Assembly (NCBI GenBank): GCA_009914755.4
Contig: CP086569.2
Span: forward strand, 320,001-384,000
Reading direction: 5' to 3'
DNA from: the human T2T-CHM13v2.0 reference genome, Homo sapiens
DNA length: 64,000 nucleotides
Part shown: piece after piece, positions 58,001 to 64,000 of the stretch
Layout of the letters: the number at the start of each line of letters is the position of its first letter
Position numbering within the stretch: the first letter of the stretch is position 1
Notes under the pieces: model-generated
The model's input: only the letters and a program-made list of their open reading frames with translations
What the model was told of the DNA's origin: nothing
Databases searched by the model: none
Position numbers and translations under genes: made by a program

Positions 58001-61000
58001 CTCTTTCCTTCCTTTCTCTTTTTCTTTCTTCTCTCTCTCTTTCCTTCCTTATTCCTCATCTTCCTTCCTCTTTCCTTTCTTTCTCTTTTTCTTTCTTCTC
58101 TCTCTTTCCTTCCTTATTCCTCATCTTCCTTCCTCTTTCCTTTCTTTCTCTTTTTCTTTCTTCTCTCTCTTTCCTTCCTTATTCCTCATCTTCCTTCCTC
58201 TTTCCTTTCTTTCTCTTTTTCTTTCTTCTCTCTCTTTCCTTCCTTATTCCTCATCTTCCTTCCTCTTTCCTTTCTTTCTCTTTTTCTTTCTTCTCTCTCT
58301 TTCCTTCCTTATTCCTCATCTTCCTTCCTCTTTCCTTTCTTTCTCTTTTTCTTTCTTCTCTCTCTTTCCTTCCTTATTCCTCATCTTCCTTCCTCTTTCC
58401 TTTCTTTCTCTTTTTCTTTCTTCTCTCTCTCTTTCCTTCCTTATTCCTCATCTTCCTTCCTCTTTCCTTTCTTTCTCTTTTTCTTTCTTCTCTCTCTCTG
58501 TCCTTCCTTATTCCTCATCTTCCTTCCTCTTTCCTTCCTTTCTCTTTTTCTTTCTTCTCTCTCTCTTTCCTTCCTTATTCCTCATCTTCCTTCCTCTTTC
58601 CTTCCTTTCTCTTTTTCTTTCTTCTCTCTCTTTCCTTCCTTATTCCTCATCTTCCTTCCTCTTTCCTTTCTTTCTCTTTTTCTTTCTTCTCTCTCTCTTT
58701 CCTTCCTTATTCCTCATCTTCCTTCCTCTTTCCTTCCTTTCTCTTTTTCTTTCTTCTCTCTCTTTCCTTCCTTATTCCTCATCTTCCTTCCTCTTTCCTT
58801 TCTTTCTCTTTTTCTTTCTTCTCTCTCTCTTTCCTTCCTTATTCCTCATCTTCCTTCCTCTTTCCTTCCTTTCTCTTTTTCTTTCTTCTCTCTCTCTTTC
58901 CTTCCTTATTCCTCATCTTCCTTCCTCTTTCCTTTCTTTCTCTTTTTCTTTCTTCTCTCTCTCTGTCCTTCCTTATTCCTCATCTTCCTTCCTCTTTCCT
59001 TTCTTTCTCTTTTTCTTTCTTCTCTCTCTTTCCTTCCTTATTCCTCATCTTCCTTCCTCTTTCCTTCCTTTCTCTTTTTCTTTCTTCTCTCTCTCTTTCC
59101 TTCCTTCCCTTCCTTCCTTTCTCTTTCCTTTCTTTCTCTTTTTCTTTCTTCTCTCTCTCTTTCCTTCCTTATTCCTCATCTTCCTTCCTCTTTCCTTCCT
59201 TTCTCTTTTTCTTTCTTCTCTCTCTTTCCTTCCTTATTCCTCATCTTCCTTCCTCTTTCCTTCCTTTCTCTTTTTCTTTCTTCTCTCTCTCTTTCCTTCC
59301 TTATTCCTCATCTTCCTTCCTCTTTCCTTCCTTTCTCTTTTTCTTTCTTCTCTCTCTCTTTCCTTCCTTATTCCTCATCTTCCTTCCTCTTTCCTTCCTT
59401 TCTCTTTTTCTTTCTTCTCTCTCTCTTTCCTTCCTTATTCCTCATCTTCCTTCCTCTTTCCTTTCTTTCTCTTTTTCTTTCTTCTCTCTCTTTCCTTCCT
59501 TATTCCTCATCTTCCTTCCTCTTTCCTTCCTTTCTCTTTTTCTTTCTTCTCTCTCTTTCCTTCCTTATTCCTCATCTTCCTTCCTCTTTCCTTTCTTTCT
59601 CTTTTTCTTTCTTCTCTCTCTTTCCTTCCTTATTCCTCATCTTCCTTCCTCTTTCCTTTCTTTCTCTTTTTCTTTCTTCTCTCTCTCTTTCCTTCCTTAT
59701 TCCTCATCTTCCTTCCTCTTTCCTTCCTTTCTCTTTTTCTTTCTTCTCTCTCTCTTTCCTTCCTTATTCCTCATCTTCCTTCCTCTTTCCTTCCTTTCTC
59801 TTTTTCTTTCTTCTCTCTCTCTTTCCTTCCTTATTCCTCATCTTCCTTCCTCTTTCCTTCCTTTCTCTTTTTCTTTCTTCTCTCTCTTTCCTTCCTTATT
59901 CCTCATCTTCCTTCCTCTTTCCTTTCTTTCTCTTTTTCTTTCTTCTCTCTCTCTTTCCTTCCTTATTCCTCATCTTCCTTCCTCTTTCCTTTCTTTCTCT
60001 TTTTCTTTCTTCTCTCTCTCTTTCCTTCCTTATTCCTCATCTTCCTTCCTTTCTCTTTCCTTTCTTTCTCTTTTTCTTTCTTCTCTCTCTCTTTCCTTCC
60101 TTATTCCTCATCTTCCTTCCTTCCTCTTTCCTTCCTTTCTCTTTTTCTTTCTTCTCTCTCTCTTTCCTTCCTTATTCCTCATCTTCCTTCCTCTTTCCTT
60201 TCTTTCTCTTTTTCTTTCTTCTCTCTCTCTTTCCTTCCTTATTCCTCATCTTCCTTCCTCTTTCCTTTCTTTCTCTTTTTCTTTCTTCTCTCTCTCTTTC
60301 CTTCCTTATTCCTCATCTTCCTTCCTCTTTCCTTTCTTTCTCTTTTTCTTTCTTCTCTCTCTCTTTCCTTCCTTATTCCTCATCTTCCTTCCTCTTTCCT
60401 TTCTTTCTCTTTTTCTTTCTTCTCTCTCTCTTTCCTTCCTTATTCCTCATCTTCCTTCCTCTTTCCTTTCTTTCTCTTTTTCTTTCTTCTCTCTCTCTTT
60501 CCTTCCTTATTCCTCATCTTCCTTCCTCTTTCCTTCCTTTCTCTTTTTCTTTCTTCTCTCTCTCTTTCCTTCCTTATTCCTCATCTTCCTTCCTCTTTCC
60601 TTCCTTTCTCTTTTTCTTTCTTCTCTCTCTCTTTCCTTCCTTATTCCTCATCTTCCTTCCTCTTTCCTTCCTTTCTCTTTTTCTTTCTTCTCTCTCTCTT
60701 TCCTTCCTTATTCCTCATCTTCCTTCCTCTTTCCTTCCTTTCTCTTTTTCTTTCTTCTCTCTCTCTTTCCTTCCTTATTCCTCATCTTCCTTCCTCTTTC
60801 CTTCCTTTCTCTTTTTCTTTCTTCTCTCTCTCTTTCCTTCCTTATTCCTCATCTTCCTTCCTCTTTCCTTCCTTTCTCTTTTTCTTTCTTCTCTCTCTCT
60901 TTCCTTCCTTATTCCTCATCTTCCTTCCTCTTTCCTTCCTTTCTCTTTTTCTTTCTTCTCTCTCTTTCCTTCCTTATTCCTTTTCTTCCTTCCCTCCCTC

Positions 61001-61057
61001 CCTCCATCCTTCCTTCCTTTTTCTCTTCTTTCCTTCTCTTCTTTCTTCTTTCTTTCT

Positions 61058-61093
<36 letters not shown>

Positions 61094-61335
61094 TCCTTTC
61101 TCTCTTCCTCCCTCCCTCCCTCCCTTCCTTCCCTTCCTTCCTTCCCTCTTCCTTCCCTTCCCTCCCTTCCCTTTCCTTCTTTCCTTCTTTCTCTTCCTTC
61201 CCTTCCCTTTCCTTCCCCTTCCTTCCTTCTTTCGTTCCTTCATTTCTTCCTTCCTTCTTTCCCTCCCTCCCTTCCTTCCTTCTTTCCTTCCTTCCCTCTG
61301 TCTCTGTCCTTTCTTCTCTCTCTTTCTCTGTTTTT
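55050..61335. repeat. ~6.3 kb pyrimidine-rich VNTR/minisatellite, 66-70-bp unit (ttccttccttattcctcatcttccttcctctttcctttctttctctttttctttcttctctctc), ~90 copies
   Basis: Extremely regular array; the plus strand is almost free of G/A apart from the single cat in each unit; source of the 2191-aa/2186-aa (+) and K/E/R-rich (-) artefact ORFs. Confidence 0.95.
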
Positions 61336-61641
61336 TTTTTTTTTTTTTTTTGGAGACAGGGTCTCACTCTGTCACCCAGACTGGAGTGCAGTGGTGCAAT
61401 CACAGCTCACTGCAGCCTCAACCTCCTGGGCTCTAGCAATCCTCCCACCTCAGCCTCCTGAGTAGCTGGGACTACAGGAGTGCACCACCATGCCCGGCTA
61501 ATTTTTTTTTTTCTTTGTTTTTGTAGAGACAAGCTTTCACCGTGTGACCCACTCTGGTCTCAAAGTCCTGGGCTCAAGTGATTCTCTTGCCTTGGCCTCC
61601 TGAAGTGCTGGGATTTCAGGTGTGAGTCACTGCACCCAACC
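61332..61641 (-). mobile_element. Alu SINE (minus), diverged (AluJ-like)
   Basis: poly-T + ggagacagggtctcactctgtcacccagactggagtgcagtggtgcaatcacagctcactgcagcctcaacctcctgggctctagcaatcctcccacctcagcc...ggtgtgagtcactgcacccaacc. Confidence 0.9.
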
Positions 61642-61752
61642 TGGATGGAGATGTTTTTGTTTGCACCTGGACGTGTCTTGCAAACTTTCCAAGGCTTCTG
61701 TCTTCATCGAGCTGAACCAGGGTTCTCAGCAGCTCACAATGATTATTCTTAA

Positions 61753-62037
<285 letters not shown>

Positions 62038-62479
62038 CCTAAATATTTGTAAGTGCCAGGTGTTTAATGAAAGCGTAATGGGTAGAGAAGCCATCTCATG
62101 TGTATATTGTCACACGTGTCCGTGTGAAGAGACCACGAAACAGACTTCATGTGAGCAATAAAACTTTTTAATCACCTGGGTGCAGGCGGGCTGAGTCCGA
62201 AAAGAGAGTCACTGAAGGGAGATACGGGCGGGGCCGTTTTATAGGATTTGGGTACATAGTGGAAAATTACAATCAAAGGGGGTTGTTCTCTGGCTGGCAG
62301 GGGGCAGGTGACACAAGGTGCTCATTGAGCCAGGATGAGCCAGGAGAGGGAATTTCACAAGGTAAAGTCATCGCTTAAGGCAGGAACAAGCCATTTTCAC
62401 TTCTTTCGTGATTTTTCGGTTACTTCAGGCCATCTGGATGTATATGTGCAGGTCACAGGGCATATGATGGCTTCGCTTG

Positions 62480-63835
62480 GGCTCAGAGGCCTGACATATA
62501 TGTGTGTGAATGTACATGTATGTGTGCAGGCATGCGCCTATATGTGTCTGTAGGTGTACGTATGTATGTGTATATATGTGTGAATATGCATGTATGTGTA
62601 TAGGCCTATGCGTGTATATATGTGTGCACATGTATGTATTTGTGTGTGCATGTGTATATGTCTGTATGTATGTGTATATGTGTGCATGTATGTGTATATG
62701 TGTGTATGTATGTGTATGCATTTATAACGTGTGTATGTATATGTGTTTCTGCATATATTTGTTATGCATGCATATCTGTGTATGTATATGTGTGCATGTG
62801 TGTATAATGTGTGTATATGTGTGTATGTGTGTATATATGTATGTATGTGTTATAACGTTGTATGTATATGCATATGTTATGTGTGCATATCTGTGTGTAT
62901 GTATATATGTGTGTGCATTGTGTAAATATGTGTGTGTGCATGTGTGTATAGTGTGTGTGTTTGCATGTATACCAAGATAACTTTCAGCAGTCCTTATGCA
63001 TGTTATGTGTGCATATGTGTGTATGTGTATGTGTGTGCATATCTGTGTGTATGTATATGTGTATGCATGTGTGTATATGTGTGTGCATGTGTGTATAGTG
63101 TGTGTGCACGTATGTGTATATGTGTGTGTGTGCATGTGTGTATAGTGTGTGTGTATACCGAGATAGCTTTCAGCAGTCCTTATGCATATGTCATGTGTGC
63201 ATATCCGTGTGTATGTATGTGTGTGCACGTATGTGTATATGTGTGTGTGTGCATGTGTGTATAGTGTGTGTGTATACCGAGATAACTTTCAGCAGTCCTT
63301 ATGCATGTTATGTGTGCATATCTGTGTGTATGTATGTGTGTGTGCATGTGTGTATATATGTGTGTGTACGTGTGTATATGTGTGTGTGCATGTGTGTATG
63401 TGTATGTGTGTGCACGTGTGTATATGTGTGTGCATGTGTGTATGTGTATGTGTGTGCACGTGTGTATATGTGTGTGCATGTGTGTATATATGTGTGTGTG
63501 TGCGTGTATACTGAGATAACTTTCAGCAGTCCTTATGCATATGTCATGTGTGCATATGTATGTATATGTGTGTGCATATTTGTGTGTATGTATATAAGTG
63601 TGTGCATTGTGTGCAATGTGTGTGTGCACGTGTGTATATGTGTGTGTGCATGTGTGTATATATATGTGTGTGTGTTTGCATGTATACCGAGATAATTTTC
63701 AGCAGTCCTTATGCATATGTCATGTGTGCATATCTGTGGGTATGTATATGTGTGTGCACGTGTGTGCAATGTGTGTGTGCATGTGTGTTAGTGGGTGTGT
63801 GTGCGCATGTATACGGAGATAACTTTCAGCAGTCC
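62480..63835. repeat. TG-rich (gtgtatgtgtgcat)n complex repeat with higher-order units anchored by a conserved 47-bp motif (ataccgagataactttcagcagtccttatgcatgttatgtgtgcatat)
   Basis: Anchor motif recurs at ~62972, ~63160, ~63280, ~63500, ~63680 and ~63805, separated by (TG/TA)-rich runs; source of the C/V/Y-rich and H/T-rich artefact ORFs. Confidence 0.9.
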
Positions 63836-64000
63836 TTTGCCTTCTAGTGGCATTCTCACGTTTAATTTTATTCCCTCCTTTTTTAAGCTGTCTGACTCCT
63901 CTTACTTTTGCCCGCGCCTTCGGTTTTGCTGGCGTGAGCCTCCCCCGGGTGTGAGTATTGCCTCTCCGTCAGGACCTGGCTGAGGCTCTCCCATGGATCT

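Noticed and set aside
54861-61465. 2191-aa and 2186-aa plus-strand ORFs (F/L/S/P-rich) and minus-strand K/E/R-rich ORFs
   Set aside because: They are coextensive with the 66-70-bp pyrimidine-rich VNTR. Periodic low-complexity translation is a stop-codon-free repeat artefact.

Overview
This window is primate (most likely human) nuclear genomic DNA, not a prokaryotic locus. I recognise about 40 Alu SINEs on both strands and five L1 LINE 3' ends carrying the ORF2 C-terminus. An unusually large part of the 64 kb is tandem-repeat DNA. The main arrays are a ~5.5 kb purine-only (GGAAGGAGAGGGAGG-like) satellite at 5.9-11.4 kb and a ~6.3 kb pyrimidine-rich VNTR with a 66-70 bp unit at 55.0-61.3 kb. 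Two related 48/54-bp minisatellite arrays lie at 26.9-28.8 kb and 30.1-31.1 kb. Further arrays are a 44-bp minisatellite of ~63 copies (41.2-43.9 kb), a ~110-bp repeat with higher-order structure (20.4-22.2 kb), 21-bp and 40-bp minisatellites, TATC/GGAA/TTTC/CT/CA/TG tracts and AT-rich simple repeats. This VNTR density is typical of subtelomeric or gene-poor VNTR-rich human regions. I see no credible protein-coding gene and no prokaryotic-style system such as CRISPR, operons or defence islands. All the very long ORFs in the six-frame track (1109 aa, 2191 aa, 2186 aa, 1055 aa, 669 aa and others) are artefacts of stop-codon-free repeats, and the remaining recognisable ORF products are L1 ORF2 fragments. 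The most interesting biology is the repeat architecture itself. Specific points are listed in the findings, including a speculative spliced exon at 12339-12479 and a CpG/TAAT-motif-rich unique segment between the two related minisatellite arrays. Coordinates are by eye, roughly +/-10 bp.
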